This document shows, one piece after another, positions 28,861-42,384 of a stretch of DNA of 64,000 bases. The translations under genes and the position numbers were made by a program. The notes beneath the pieces were generated by a model, which saw only the letters and a list, made by a program, of their open reading frames with translations, did not search any database and had not been told where the DNA came from. Source of the DNA: Escherichia coli (lineage in GTDB: Bacteria > Pseudomonadota > Gammaproteobacteria > Enterobacterales > Enterobacteriaceae); assembly GCF_003334255.1 (NCBI RefSeq), contig NZ_QOWU01000002.1. One strand, 5' to 3'. Position 1 is the first letter of the stretch; each line of letters begins with the position of its first letter.

Positions 28861-29832
28861 TTACGGCAGAATTGACGGCTGATCCGCCCCTTCTTTTTCC
28901 ACTTTCTGCTGCAACATGTGTTCGCGCTTCATACCCAGTTTCAGAGCCAACGCAGATGCCACATAGATGGAAGATGCAGTACCGATGGAAACACCGATAA
29001 GCATGGTCAGCGAGAAGCCTTCCAGTACCGGACCACCGAAGAGGTACAGCATCAGGATAACCATCAAGGTAGTACCGGATGTGATCAAGGTACGGTGCAG
29101 CGTCTGGGTCAAGGACACGTTAAAGATTTCGTAAGGCGTACCGCGACGGATCTTGCGGAAGTTTTCACGAATACGGTCCGATACCACGATACTGTCGTTA
29201 AGCGAGTAACCGATAACCGACATCAACGATGCCACAATGGTCAGGTCAATCTCGATATGGAATAACGACAAAATACCCAGCGTAATGATAACGTCGTGCG
29301 CCAGCGCAATAACCACCCCTGCCGCCAGTCGCCACTCAAAGCGGAAACCTACGTACACGAGGATAGACAGCAGCGCTGCCATCAACGCCATCGCACCGGT
29401 TTGCGCAAGGTCTGCCCCCACGCTCGGACCGACGAACTCAATACGCTTCACTGCTGCATTCTGATTGGTGGATTCGTTAATCACCTTCAGAACCTGGCTG
29501 CCCAACACCTGACCGCCGGTTTCGCCTTCAGCAGGCGGCATACGGACCATGATGTCATGGCTGCTACCAAAGTTTTGCAGCATCGGCTCTTCAAAACCGG
29601 CTTTTTGCAATGCATCACGCATTACGTCAATTTCAGCCGGTTTTTCGAGCGTAATTTCAATAACCGTACCACCGGTGAAATCCAGCCCCCAGTTAAAGCC
29701 GCGCACGCCCATAATAACGATAGCAGCGATTAACAGCAGACCAGAGATGCCGAAAGCCCAGTAGTCCCAGCGCATAAAGTCATAGACTTTACGGCCGTGG
29801 TTTAGTTGTTCAACAGTATATTCCTGTGCCAC
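28861..29832 (-). CDS. secF: Protein translocase subunit SecF
   Basis: Track ORF 28861-29877 trimmed by 15 codons to a GTG start giving (M)[23 protein letters not shown]; 323 aa. Confidence 0.9.
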
Positions 29833-29842
29833 ATCGCACTCC

Positions 29843-31690
29843 TCAGATTGACAGCTTCTTGACGCGCTTGCCGCCATATAGCAGGTTTACGATGGCACGC
29901 GTACCGACAATCGCGGTAAACATCGACGTCGCCACACCGATACCGGTAGTAATCGCGAACCCTTTAATTGCCCCGGTACCCACTGCGTACAGGATGATGA
30001 CTTTAATCAGCGTGGTGATGTTCGCATCGAAGATAGAACTGAATGCGCCACGATAACCTTCATCAATTGCCTGTTGAACAGTACGTCCGTTGCTCAACTC
30101 TTCTTTAATACGTTCGTTGATCAGTACGTTCGCATCGACCGCCACCGCAAGGGTTAAGACGATACCCGCGATACCTGGCATACTCAGCGTTGCGCCTGGC
30201 AACAGCGACATAATGCCGACGATTAAGATCAAGTTGGCAATCAGAGCACTGGTCGCAATCAGACCAAACTTCTTATAGAAGATGATCATGAACAGAATAG
30301 AAACCAGCAGACCGGCAAGGCAAGCCTCCAGCCCCTGTTCAATGTTCTGCATACCCAGGGTTGGGCCAATGGTACGTTCTTCAACAATCTGAATCGGCGC
30401 GATCAACGCACCGGCACGCAGCAGCAGTGACAGCTGACGGGCTTCGTTCGGGTTGTTGATGCCGGTGATACGGAAGCTGTTACCCAGACGAGACTGGATG
30501 TTGGCGATGTTAATCACCTCTTCCTGTTTCACCAGAACCGCACGACCATTTGCATCTTTCTTACCGCTGTCTTTGTACTCCACAAACAGGGTTGCCATCG
30601 GTTTGCCGATGTTGTCCTTAGTGAAGTTAGACATGATGTTACCACCAGCGCTATCGAGCGAGATGTTAACCTGCGGTTGGTTGTATTCGTCCTGGCTGGA
30701 AGTGGAGTCGGTGATATGGTCACCGGTCAGAATTACGCGTTTGTACAGCACAACTGGCTGACCTTCGCGGGTCTGTTTCACTTCAGAGTCGCCCGGTACG
30801 CGACCGGATGCCGCAGCGGCCTGGTCAACGTTGGTGTTTACCAGACGGAATTCCAGCGTTGCCGTCGCACCCAGAATCTCTTTCGCACGCGCAGTGTCCT
30901 GAATACCTGGCAGTTCAACAACGATACGGTCAGCACCCTGACGCTGAACCACCGGCTCCGCCACGCCAAGTTGGTTTACACGGTTACGCAGGATATTAAT
31001 GTTCTGCTGCACCGCATATTCACGCGCTTCACTCAGACGAGCATCGCTCATTACCGCACGCAGCTGGTTGCTGCCCTGGCTGCTAATCACCAGGTCCGGA
31101 TGGCGCTTGCTCAGATACGCAATGGCTTCATCACGAGCTTTAGCATCGCGGAAAGTGATGCTCAGGCCGTAGTTGTTTTCTTTACGAACAGTGGTATACG
31201 GGATGCCCTTTTCGCGCAGGTCACTGCGTAGGCTATCGATATTTTGTTCCTGGAGTTTGCCAAGCGCGGTGTCCATATCCACTTCCATCAGGAAGTGAAC
31301 GCCGCCACGCAGGTCAAGGCCGAGCTTCATCGGCTCAGCGTGAATAGCTGCCAGCCAGCGCGGCGTTGCCGGGGCAAGGTTAAGCGCCACGACGTATTTG
31401 TCACCCATAACGCCCATTAATGCTTCACGAGCGCGCAACTGGGTGTCAGTGGAGTCGAAGCGCGCAAGAATAGCGCCCTCTTCCAGTGCCACAGACTTAG
31501 CAGTTATTTTTTCTTCTTGTAACGTTTTCTGGACCTGGATCAGCGTTTGCTCACTGGCGGCGACTCCGCGCGCACCAGTGATCTGAACAGCCGGATCCTC
31601 ACCAAACAGGTTGGGAAGCGCATACAGCAGACCGATGACAATCACCACGATCAGCATGACGTACTTCCACAAAGGATAACGGTTTAACAC
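29843..31690 (-). CDS. secD: Protein translocase subunit SecD
   Basis: 615-aa track [39 protein letters not shown]. Confidence 0.97.
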   Translation of the reverse strand: MLNRYPLWKYVMLIVVIVIGLLYALPNLFGEDPAVQITGARGVAASEQTLIQVQKTLQEEKITAKSVALEEGAILARFDSTDTQLRAREALMGVMGDKYVVALNLAPATPRWLAAIHAEPMKLGLDLRGGVHFLMEVDMDTALGKLQEQNIDSLRSDLREKGIPYTTVRKENNYGLSITFRDAKARDEAIAYLSKRHPDLVISSQGSNQLRAVMSDARLSEAREYAVQQNINILRNRVNQLGVAEPVVQRQGADRIVVELPGIQDTARAKEILGATATLEFRLVNTNVDQAAAASGRVPGDSEVKQTREGQPVVLYKRVILTGDHITDSTSSQDEYNQPQVNISLDSAGGNIMSNFTKDNIGKPMATLFVEYKDSGKKDANGRAVLVKQEEVINIANIQSRLGNSFRITGINNPNEARQLSLLLRAGALIAPIQIVEERTIGPTLGMQNIEQGLEACLAGLLVSILFMIIFYKKFGLIATSALIANLILIVGIMSLLPGATLSMPGIAGIVLTLAVAVDANVLINERIKEELSNGRTVQQAIDEGYRGAFSSIFDANITTLIKVIILYAVGTGAIKGFAITTGIGVATSMFTAIVGTRAIVNLLYGGKRVKKLSI

Positions 31691-31717
31691 GGCAATTCCC
31701 TTAGGGAAAAATTTTAA

Positions 31718-32050
31718 TTACAGCGCCTTCATGGTGCCTTTCGGCAGGACGGCAGCTACGAAGTCACGTTTAATAACTACTTCAGTGGTGTCATTCAGCG
31801 CGATAGCAATGTAGCCGTTTTCCGCTACTTTGGTTACGCGACCAACCAGGCCACCGTTCGTCAGAACTTCATCACCTTTGGCAATGGAGTCCATCAGCTT
31901 TTTGTGTTCTTTGGTGCGCTTCTGCTGTGGACGCAGGATCATGAAATAGAAAATCAGACCGAATACCACCAGCATCAAAATCAAAGACATCGGGCTACCT
32001 TGCGCCGGTGCACCCGTTGCCGCTACCGCATCAGAAATAAAAAAGCTCAT
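31718..32050 (-). CDS. yajC: Sec translocon accessory subunit YajC
   Basis: Track ORF 31718-32080 trimmed by 10 codons to ATG giving MSFFISDAVAATGAPAQGSPMSLILMLVVFGLIFYFMILRPQQKR; 110 aa. Confidence 0.93.
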   Translation of the reverse strand: MSFFISDAVAATGAPAQGSPMSLILMLVVFGLIFYFMILRPQQKRTKEHKKLMDSIAKGDEVLTNGGLVGRVTKVAENGYIAIALNDTTEVVIKRDFVAAVLPKGTMKAL

Positions 32051-32072
32051 TAAATTTCCCTCATTATTAATA

Positions 32073-33215
<1,143 letters not shown>

Positions 33216-33255
33216 TCAGAAAAACAGTCCAACGTTTTAAACCAGCGCCGCGGAA

Positions 33256-34326
33256 TTACTCCCCGACGCGCTCATTAATTGCCTGCGGATTGTACGTGAT
33301 AAACATCGCATCACCGTAACTAAAAAAGCGATATTTCTCTTCTACCGCTGCTTTATAGGCGTTCATGGTGTGTTGATAACCGGCAAAGGCCGAAACCAGC
33401 ATAATCAGCGTCGACTCTGGCAAGTGGAAGTTCGTCACCAGCGCATCGACCACTTTGTACTGGAAGCCCGGATAGATAAAGATTTGGGTATCGTCGAAGA
33501 ACGGTTCAATGAGATCGTTTTTCGCTGCCTGAGCCGCGCTTTCCAGCGAACGGACTGAAGTGGTGCCAACCGCAATCACCCGGTTACCGCGCGCTTTCGC
33601 CGCCAGTACCGCGTCTACCACATCCTGCGGTACTTCAGCGTATTCCGAGTGCATGATGTGATCTTCAATGGTGTCGACGCGCACCGGCTGGAAGGTGCCC
33701 GCACCAACGTGCAACGTCACAAACGCCATCTCCACGCCTTTGGCGCGCAATTTTTCCAGCAAAGGCTCGTCAAAATGCAGACCTGCGGTCGGGGCTGCAA
33801 CCGCGCCCGGTTTTTCGCTATAAACGGTTTGATAAAGTTCGCGGTCAGCGTCTTCGTCCGGACGGTCGATATACGGCGGCAGCGGCATATGGCCGATGCT
33901 GTTGAGAATATCCAGCACCGAGCGTTCATCATTAAATTCGACTTCAAACAGTGCGCCGTGGCGCGCGGTCATTGTTGCGTTAATACTTTCGTCATCGCCC
34001 AGCAGCAGTTCTGCGCCAGGTTTTGGCGCTTTCGAGGCGCGAATATGCGCAAGAATGCGTTTGTCGTCGAGCATCCGTTCAACCAGCACTTCAATCTTGC
34101 CGCCGCTGGCTTTACGCCCAAACAGGCGCGCCGGGATCACGCGGGTATTATTAAAAACCAGAAGATCGCCGGGGTTGAGCTTATCAAGTAAATCGGTGAA
34201 AGTACCGTGCGTCAGCGCGCCCGTCGGCCCGTCCAGCGACAGTAAACGACAGCTACTGCGTTCAGGCATGGGATAGTGGGCAATCAGGGATTCGGGCAAT
34301 TCAAAGGAGAAATCGGTAACGCGCAT
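33256..34326 (-). CDS. queA: S-adenosylmethionine:tRNA ribosyltransferase-isomerase
   Basis: 356-aa track [32 protein letters not shown]. Confidence 0.97.
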
Positions 34327-34418
34327 GACACTGACTCAGACTAAAATAAGAGGCGGGTAGTCTAGTGCCGGGGCGCTCTCCCTGCAACCTTTACCCCCTT
34401 TTGGATAGAATATAATCG

Positions 34419-35000
34419 ATGAATTTTTTAGCTCACCTGCATTTAGCCCATCTCGCGGAAAGCTCGCTTTCCGGCAATTTACTGGCTGATTTCGTACGCG
34501 GAAATCCTGAAGAAAGTTTTCCGCCCGACGTCGTGGCTGGCATTCATATGCATCGACGTATCGACGTATTGACTGACAATCTGCCGGAAGTCCGCGAAGC
34601 ACGGGAGTGGTTTCGTAGTGAAACGCGCCGCGTTGCGCCTATTACGCTGGATGTCATGTGGGATCACTTTCTTTCCCGCCACTGGTCGCAGCTGTCGCCG
34701 GACTTTCCGCTACAGGAATTTGTCTGTTATGCCCGCGAGCAAGTGATGACGATTTTGCCGGACTCACCGCCACGTTTTATCAATCTGAACAATTACTTGT
34801 GGTCAGAGCAGTGGCTGGTGCGCTATCGCGATATGGATTTCATCCAGAACGTGTTAAACGGCATGGCAAGCCGCCGCCCACGTCTGGATGCCCTGCGTGA
34901 CTCCTGGTACGATTTAGACGCTCATTATGACGCCCTCGAAACCCGCTTCTGGCAGTTTTATCCGCGGATGATGGCGCAGGCGTCACGCAAGGCGTTATAA
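34419..35000 (+). CDS. acpH: Acyl carrier protein phosphodiesterase
   Basis: 193-aa track [35 protein letters not shown]. Confidence 0.95.
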   Translation: MNFLAHLHLAHLAESSLSGNLLADFVRGNPEESFPPDVVAGIHMHRRIDVLTDNLPEVREAREWFRSETRRVAPITLDVMWDHFLSRHWSQLSPDFPLQEFVCYAREQVMTILPDSPPRFINLNNYLWSEQWLVRYRDMDFIQNVLNGMASRRPRLDALRDSWYDLDAHYDALETRFWQFYPRMMAQASRKAL

Positions 35001-35004
35001 AACG

Positions 35005-36822
35005 TTAGTTCATCCATACCGTAGCCGAAATGGCAGGCAAAGCCAGAATCCCGTCAGTCAGTTGCCCATGCCCTTCTTTGCATTGCCATTGCACGGCATT
35101 GAGAAACGGTGACGCGGGTAGCACCACTTCACAGGCCTCGCCACGGTTGATTGCCACCAGTACACGTTGCTGATTCAGCACGCGGACAAATACCACCACG
35201 TTATCTTCCGCATACAGCACCTGACAGCCGCCATGACGTAGCGCCTGACTTTTCTTACGCAGCGCAATCATTCGCTGGTACAGCGCGAATAACGCCGTAT
35301 CCTGCTTTTCCACCTGCCAGGGGAACGGTTTACGGCAAAACGGATCGTTTTTGCCATCCAGTCCTACTTCATCACCGTAATAAATGCACGGTACACCAGG
35401 CCAGGTGAACAGCCAGACCACCGCCAGCGGCAGGCGCGCAATATCCCGACCGAGCAGCGTTTTAAATCGCGCAGTATCGTGGCTGTCGAGCTGATTAAAC
35501 ATACGTAATTGTTGTTGATGAGAAAGCCCTGCGCGGTAATTATCCATCCAGGCCATACAGGTTTGGGCATCAATTTGCTGCGGATCGTAAGAGATATCGG
35601 TATTGGCAAGAAATCCCCACAACGGGAATGTGAAGCCACGATAGTTCATGGCGGCATCTTCCACATCGGCCTGTAACCATTGCCGTGCATCGCCAAAATG
35701 TTCGCCGACAATATACGCTTCCGGCTGGGTTTCTTTCGCCGCTTCGGTGATCCCGGCAACGTGCTGCATATTATTGCGCGCCCCACCCGCCTCCCCCAGC
35801 ATATGCACCACATCCAGCCGCCAGCCGTCCATATTCCACGGCGCTTTCAGCCAGTGGCGGACAATACTGTCTTCCCCGCGATAAATTTCATTCACCAGAC
35901 TTTCCGACTGATAATCCAGCTTCGGCAAGCTGGCATAGCCAAGCCAGTCGAGCGCCGTGCCATCATCACTAAACGAGTACCAGTCGCGCCAGGGCGATTC
36001 GGGGTTGTGACAAGCACCACCCGTGCCACGATTATGCCTGTCAAACCAGGCATGGGAATCGCCACTGTGGTTAAACACGCCGTCCAGCACCAGCCGCATT
36101 CCCAGCTGCTGCGTATTGTGTCGCAAACGCAGCAACGCCCCATCACCGCCAAACTGCGGATCGACATGGCGATAATCCTCGGTATCGTATTTATGTACGC
36201 TGGGAGCTTTAAACACCGGATTGAGATACAGCGCTGTCACGCCAAGCTTTTTCAGATACGGCAGTTTTTCGCTTATCCCGTCCAGATCGCCGCCATAGAA
36301 CGTTGATCCGCCCGCCTGCGCCGTGACCGGTTCATCCCAGTCACGCAAGATGATCTCTTGTCCGGCTGCATGATGGTAATAGACATGATCCTGTTCAGCT
36401 TCACGAGGAAGACTACGCGCAAAACGATCAGGGAAGATCTGATAAAAAATCTGATCCGCAGCCCATTGTGGGCCGATATCCGGTACATCGACGGCAAACT
36501 GCTCCAGTCGTGCCGGCGGCATTCGGCTGAAGCCCTGCGGTGTAAACCAACGCTGGCGATCGTGCCACAGCAGTTTGAAACTGTAACGCCGCCGGGGTTG
36601 TCCGCTGGAGAGATCAATCGCCGCACGCCATGCGGTGACGCCAGGCTGCGGCTGACTGCGCTGCTTATGCATCGGTACTGACATTTCTTCGTTATCGTGT
36701 TCTGTACGCAGCATAATGCGCTGCGGTGGGTCTTCGCCCGTCAGCCACAGTGTAATGAGCAGTTGATCTTTGCTTTGTTTAACAAATGGGGGCACCGGCA
36801 GGTGCCATGCATTTAACATCAT
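35005..36822 (-). CDS. malZ: Maltodextrin glucosidase
   Basis: 605-codon track ORF ([16 protein letters not shown]...); GH13 alpha-amylase-family motifs ([27 protein letters not shown]); true start may be the second ATG at 36819. Confidence 0.95.
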
Positions 36823-36977
36823 AATTCCCCTGTGATGAAAATCTGATCACCTTGCCATAGCCTAATGCAGGATCACTCATCATCTGAAGGATATTTGGGG
36901 GAGGAGGACGGGGGCGGATAACTTTCGGAATAGCCGGATCAGGATTTCCTCCTGAACCGGCTTACAGAACGCAAGGA

Positions 36978-38351
36978 TTACTGGTTTTCAGCCAGCTGAC
37001 GATCGTGGCGGCGTTTAAACATCCAGCCAATCAACAGCACAACAATCCACGCGAAACCGACATACAGCGAGATACGCGTATCCGGGTGATAACCAATCAA
37101 CCCGATAATAAAGAGCAGGAAAATCAGCCCGCCGATGGTCGTTGCTACCCCACCCGGCACTTTAAATTTCAGCGCCTTAACTTCTTCTGGCGGCAAACGG
37201 CGACGGAAGGCAATTTGCGACAGCAGGATCATAATCCACACCCACACCGTGGCGAAGGTTGCCAGCGAAGCGATCACCAGGAAGACGTTTTCCGGCATGA
37301 TGTAGTTCAGATACACCGCAAACAGCAGCGCGGTAGTCATCACCAGCACCGTAACCCACGGAATACCGCGACGCGACGTTTTGCTGAAAATTTTCGGCGC
37401 GCTGCCCTGCTCTGCCATACCGTGGAGCATACGGCCTACGCCAAATACATCACTGTTAATTGCCGACAGCGAAGCAGTCAGCACAACAAAGTTAAGAATG
37501 CTGGCGGCAAAGGTAATGCCCATATGCTGGAACGTCAGCACGAACGGGCTACCGGCAGTGCCAACCTGATTCCACGGGTAGATAGACATAATGACGAACA
37601 GCGTACCGACGTAGAACACCAGAATACGCATCGGCACGGAGTTAATCGCACGCGGTATCGATTTCTCAGGATCTTTCGCTTCACCGGCGGTAATCCCGAT
37701 AATTTCGATCCCACCGTAAGCAAACATCACCATTTGCAACGACATTACCATGCCAAGCCAGCCGTTACTGAAGAAGCCGCCGTTGCTCCACAGGTTATGA
37801 ATACCGGTCGGTTGCCCGCCGTTGCCAATCCCCCAGATGATGATGCCGAAACCGGCGACAATCATGATGATGATGGTGGCGACTTTAAAGAACGAGAACC
37901 AGAATTCCAGCTCACCGAATACCTTCACGCTCATCAGGTTTACGGCGCAAATGATCAGCACCACGCTCAGTACCCAAATCCAGTGCGGCACCGTCGGGAA
38001 CCAGACACCCATATAGATACCAAAAGCGGTCACATCGGCGATGGCGACAATAAGGATTTCAAAGCAGTAGGTCCAGCCGGTAATGTAACCTGCCAGCGGG
38101 CCGAGGTTTTCCTGCGCATAACGCGAGAAAGAGCTGGCGGCCGGGTTATGTACCGACATTTCCCCCAGCGCACGCATAATGATATACGCCGCGATACCAC
38201 CGATAATATAGGCCAACAACACGCTCGGACCGGCCATTTTGATGGCGTCTGCCGAACCGTAAAACAGCCCGGTGCCAATTGCTGAACCCAGTGCCATAAA
38301 GCGTATGTGGCGGGTACTTAGCCCACGCTTTAGCTTGTTCTTACTTTCCAT
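36978..38351 (-). CDS. proY: Proline-specific permease ProY (APC family)
   Basis: Track ORF begins TTG-ATG ([33 protein letters not shown]); trimmed to the ATG, 457 aa. Confidence 0.94.
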   Translation of the reverse strand: MESKNKLKRGLSTRHIRFMALGSAIGTGLFYGSADAIKMAGPSVLLAYIIGGIAAYIIMRALGEMSVHNPAASSFSRYAQENLGPLAGYITGWTYCFEILIVAIADVTAFGIYMGVWFPTVPHWIWVLSVVLIICAVNLMSVKVFGELEFWFSFFKVATIIIMIVAGFGIIIWGIGNGGQPTGIHNLWSNGGFFSNGWLGMVMSLQMVMFAYGGIEIIGITAGEAKDPEKSIPRAINSVPMRILVFYVGTLFVIMSIYPWNQVGTAGSPFVLTFQHMGITFAASILNFVVLTASLSAINSDVFGVGRMLHGMAEQGSAPKIFSKTSRRGIPWVTVLVMTTALLFAVYLNYIMPENVFLVIASLATFATVWVWIMILLSQIAFRRRLPPEEVKALKFKVPGGVATTIGGLIFLLFIIGLIGYHPDTRISLYVGFAWIVVLLIGWMFKRRHDRQLAENQ

Positions 38352-38426
38352 CAATTCCTAACCCATCAACACAATAAAAAACCACGGGGCATCGCAGCCC
38401 CGTGGTTAAAACAAATGTTCAGTGAT

Positions 38427-39746
38427 TTAGTGAGCGCTGGAGGTCACCTGACGACCTGCCGCGCGATCCCAGATAATGGCCAGAACCACCATCACCACTG
38501 TTGGCATTAACCACGCCAGACCTTGTTCGGCCAGCGGTAAACGCTGCGCCCAGGACGGTAAGATATCGCTGAATGCAGATGCTTTGATCCCGTCGAGAAT
38601 ACCAAAAAGCAGGCTGATAAACATCGGCGGAGCAATCACGCGGGACGAATTATGCCACCATGAGCGTGTAAAACTTAATACAACCAGTGCGATACACGGC
38701 GGATAAATAGCGGTCAGCACCGGTACGGAGATCTGGATCAGCTGGCTTAAGCCGAGGTTAGAAACCACCATCGAGAAGCCGCCGAGGATAAACACCAGCG
38801 TACGATAAGAGAGCGGTACGTACTGGGCAAAGAATTCTGCACAAGCACAGGTCAGGCCAACTGCCGTTACCAGGCAGGCGATGAAGATTAACGCCGCCAG
38901 CAGGAAGCTACCGCCGCCGCCAAAGGTGTGCTGAACGTAAGCATGCAGAATAGCAGCGCCGTTTGCAGACTGATCGACCAGCGACGCGCTGTCTGACCCC
39001 AGACGGAACAGCGCCAGGTACAGCAGAGTCAGACCAACACCCGCCATCAGGCCAGCCCAGACGGTATAACGGGTCAGCAGACGCGCTTCGGTAACGCCAC
39101 GAGAACGCGCCGCGTTAACAATAACGATACCAAACACCATTGCGCCCAGCGTATCCATGGTCAGATAGCCGTTAACGAAGCCGTTAGAAAACGCAGCGTT
39201 TTGATAAGCCTCAGTCGCCGTGCTGATAGAACCCGCCGGCCAGACAATAGCGGCAACAGACAGGATGACCAGCGCGATAATTTTCAGCGGCGCAAGGAAG
39301 TTGCCCACGGTATCCAGCAGCTTGCCCGGATAGAGCGAAACCAGAATAACGATAGCGAAATAGACCAGGCTGTAGATAAACAGCGGCAGCGCGGAATCAC
39401 CCGTCAGCGGCGCAATCCCCACTTCAAAGGAAACGGTAGCTGTACGCGGCGTAGCGAAAAGCGGCCCCACCGCCAGGTAACAAACCGTTGCCAGCAGTAC
39501 GCCAGCGACTTTACCGATTGGCGTGCTGAGGCTGTCAACACCGCCGCCAACTTTTGCCAGCGCCACTACCGTTAATACCGGCAGGCCAACGGCAGTAATG
39601 AGGAAGCCGAATGCCGCAGTCCAGACGTGTTCGCCTGCCTGTAAGCCGACCATTGGAGGGAAAATAATGTTACCTGCGCCGACGAACAACGCAAATGTCA
39701 TAAAGCCCAGAGCGATGATATCGCGCGATCTTAATTGATGGGTCAT
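38427..39746 (-). CDS. brnQ: Branched-chain amino acid transport system II carrier BrnQ
   Basis: 439-aa track [41 protein letters not shown]. Confidence 0.96.
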   Translation of the reverse strand: MTHQLRSRDIIALGFMTFALFVGAGNIIFPPMVGLQAGEHVWTAAFGFLITAVGLPVLTVVALAKVGGGVDSLSTPIGKVAGVLLATVCYLAVGPLFATPRTATVSFEVGIAPLTGDSALPLFIYSLVYFAIVILVSLYPGKLLDTVGNFLAPLKIIALVILSVAAIVWPAGSISTATEAYQNAAFSNGFVNGYLTMDTLGAMVFGIVIVNAARSRGVTEARLLTRYTVWAGLMAGVGLTLLYLALFRLGSDSASLVDQSANGAAILHAYVQHTFGGGGSFLLAALIFIACLVTAVGLTCACAEFFAQYVPLSYRTLVFILGGFSMVVSNLGLSQLIQISVPVLTAIYPPCIALVVLSFTRSWWHNSSRVIAPPMFISLLFGILDGIKASAFSDILPSWAQRLPLAEQGLAWLMPTVVMVVLAIIWDRAAGRQVTSSAH

Positions 39747-40099
39747 AAATCATACTGCCTGTGGATGTGGTGTTGTAACGTTAAATTTTTGTGCCAATCC
39801 CTGGGGATGATACAGCGGTATATTTAAACAATTTTAGCGGGAAATACTCCCAACCAGGCGCGGCGAAGAATAGTTTTTCGATTTACCGCGTTAATGCAGT
39901 CAGTATGACAGCACCTGAAGCGCAATTTAAACGCTTATAACGTTTTAAAGCAAGGAGGGATCTAAAAACCAGAGGTATATAGCGATAAGAAATCACCAAC
40001 CAGTATAAAACACTATTTCCGTGAAAAAGACATGGCTAATCATGCGAACAAAAAATCACCAACCGTTGTAAAATCTAACGCCCGTATTTTGACTGCAAA

Positions 40100-40126
40100 G
40101 AAAATAAGCCAGCATCGACTGGCTTA
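40100..40126 (-). terminator. Candidate intrinsic terminator downstream of phoR
   Basis: On the phoR sense strand AAGCCAG-TCGATG-CTGGCTT hairpin followed by ATTTTCTTT. Confidence 0.5.
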
Positions 40127-40152
40127 TGGCAATAAAAGATGACAAAGGCGGA

Positions 40153-41448
40153 TTAATCGCTGTTTTTGGCAATTAAACGTTCCGGGATAACAAAACTGAA
40201 ACGTGTTCCTTTTCCTACTGTACTCTCAATATTCAGGCGACTTTCGTGATGATTCACAGCATGTTTCACGATCGCTAACCCTAATCCGCTACCGCCGGTT
40301 TGCCGGGAACGCGCTTTATCAACGCGATAAAAACGCTCGGTCAGGCGCGGAATATGCTCCGGTGCAATGCCCGGTCCGTTATCTTCAACGCTAAATTCGG
40401 CACCGTGCGGCACTCGCTGCCAGCGTACGGTGATATGCGTGCCTTCCGGCGTATGATTCACGGCGTTATAGACCAGGTTCGAAATCGCACTGCGTAGCTG
40501 ATCTTCGTTGCCAGACACCTTGAGGCCGTTATCTATCTCAAAGGTAAATGTCTGTTTTTTCTGACTCAGAGTCTGAGCCTCGCGCTCAACAACGCGCAGC
40601 ATCATCGGCACATCAACCTTTTCATTGAGCAAATGCGTCGGTGCGGCTTCTATTTTCGACAGCGTCAGCAATTGCTTCACCAGTCCTTCCATCCGCTGGG
40701 TCTGCTCGCGCATGGTGTGCAACGCTTTTTCGCGTACCGCGCCTTCCAGCGGCTGCTCATTCATCATCTCCAGGTAACCCTGTAACACGGTCAATGGCGT
40801 ACGTAACTCATGGCTCACGTTGGCAAAAAAGTTACGCCGCGCCCCTTCCAGTTGATGCATTTGCGTGACATCACGCGCCACCATCAGCAACTGTTTGTGG
40901 GTATAAGGCATGACGCGAATTTCCAGATGCCACCCGGTGTTGAGCACCAGATTGAGCGGGCGAGAAAAATCACGCGTTTTCAGATATTGCGTAAACTCCG
41001 GGTAACGCAGTAGGTTAAGGATGTTCTGCCCGTTATCTTCCGGCCAGCGCAAACCAAGAATTTGTTGCGCCAGACCGTTACACCAGAAAATACCGCCCTC
41101 TTCCGTGGTCAGCACCACCGCGTCGGGCAGCGACTCCGCGCCGCTACGAAAGCGTTTAATCAGATTGCCCAGTTCACGGCGGCGTTTTTTATTTCGCAGC
41201 TGCATCTGGTGTAAGCCGTATAGTAGCGGTTCCCAGCTACCACGCCCCGGTGGCGGGGTCATACTGCGATCCACCCACAGCCACCATGAAAGGCGCAATA
41301 AATTCCAGAAATGCCAGATAAGCAGTCCTGTTACCGATGCCAGCAAAAACCAGGGCAGGTAACCAAAAAATGCACCCAGGATGAAAGCCGGGAGGCAGCA
41401 AAGTAGCAGCTCCAGCACCAGCCTTTTCCACGACAGCCGTTCCAGCAC
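40153..41448 (-). CDS. phoR: Phosphate regulon sensor histidine kinase PhoR
   Basis: 431-aa track ORF; H-box [11 protein letters not shown] and ATPase G-boxes ([16 protein letters not shown]). Confidence 0.97.
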   Translation of the reverse strand: MLERLSWKRLVLELLLCCLPAFILGAFFGYLPWFLLASVTGLLIWHFWNLLRLSWWLWVDRSMTPPPGRGSWEPLLYGLHQMQLRNKKRRRELGNLIKRFRSGAESLPDAVVLTTEEGGIFWCNGLAQQILGLRWPEDNGQNILNLLRYPEFTQYLKTRDFSRPLNLVLNTGWHLEIRVMPYTHKQLLMVARDVTQMHQLEGARRNFFANVSHELRTPLTVLQGYLEMMNEQPLEGAVREKALHTMREQTQRMEGLVKQLLTLSKIEAAPTHLLNEKVDVPMMLRVVEREAQTLSQKKQTFTFEIDNGLKVSGNEDQLRSAISNLVYNAVNHTPEGTHITVRWQRVPHGAEFSVEDNGPGIAPEHIPRLTERFYRVDKARSRQTGGSGLGLAIVKHAVNHHESRLNIESTVGKGTRFSFVIPERLIAKNSD

Positions 41449-41505
41449 GTAAGATACTCCAGTTAAGAAATCATAAGCCCTGCTCTGCGTCCGATGAGCA
41501 AGGCG

Positions 41506-42195
41506 TTAAAAGCGGGTTGAAAAACGATATCCTGTACCGCGCACGGTCTGCACCATGCGGTCATGCCCGCCGGGCTCCAGTGCTTTACGCAGGCGACGAA
41601 TGTGGACATCGACCGTGCGGTCTTCCACATACACGTTAGTTCCCCAGACGTGGTTTAACAGCTGCTCGCGGCTGTACACGCGCTCAGGATGCGTCATAAA
41701 AAAGTGCAGCAGTTTAAATTCTGTCGGCCCCATCTCCAGCGGCTCTTCGCCCGCCATCACTCGGTGAGATGTCGGGTCGAGACTTAATCCCTGCATCTCA
41801 ATCACCTCTTCCACCGCCATTGGCGAAATACGGCGCATTACCGCTTTGATTCGCGCCACCAGCTCCTTCGGCGAAAACGGCTTGGTGATATAGTCATCCG
41901 CGCCGGTTTCAAGGCCGCGCACGCGATCTTCTTCTTCCCCTCTGGCGGTCAACATCACCACTGGAATATCCCGGGTCATCGACTCGCGCTTGAGGTGTTT
42001 GATGAACTGGATACCGGAGCCGCCAGGTAACATCCAGTCAAGGAGAATTAAATCCGGCCAGGGTTCATTCAGTTGATTCACAGCACTGTCATAATCTTCC
42101 GCTTCGACCGGCTGAAAGCCATTTTGTTCGAGCACGAAGCAGACCATTTCGCGAATTGGAGCTTCATCTTCTACGACCAGAATACGTCTCGCCAT
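41506..42195 (-). CDS. phoB: Phosphate regulon response regulator PhoB
   Basis: 229-aa track [20 protein letters not shown]...; receiver domain plus OmpR-type winged helix ([11 protein letters not shown]). Confidence 0.97.
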
Positions 42196-42249
42196 GATTT
42201 GCCCTGTTGTAATAAATAGGTTGCGATCATTAATGCGACGTCATTATGC

Positions 42250-42278
42250 GTCAGATTTATGACAGATTTATGAAAAGC
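42250..42278 (-). promoter_or_regulatory. Pho box (PhoB binding site) in the phoB promoter
   Basis: Sense-strand sequence TTTTCATAAATCTGTCATAAATCTGAC, two direct CTGTCAT-type repeats matching the Pho box consensus, about 55-85 nt upstream of the phoB ATG. Confidence 0.75.
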
Positions 42279-42384
42279 TCGTCGCACATATCTTCAGGTT
42301 ATTGATTTCCGTGGCGCAGAAAAAAGCAAATGGCACATCTGTTTGGGTATAATCGCGCCCATGCTTTTTCGCCAGGGAACCGTT

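Noticed and set aside
37005-38285. 426-codon plus-strand ORF antisense to proY
   Set aside because: Shadow ORF with a highly charged, H/R/D-rich translation; the proY frame encodes a complete APC-family permease.
40032-40142. 36-codon plus-strand ORF between brnQ and phoR
   Set aside because: No convincing Shine-Dalgarno, overlaps the phoR terminator hairpin on the opposite strand, and is too short to judge by composition. Kept only as a note inside the direct-repeat finding.
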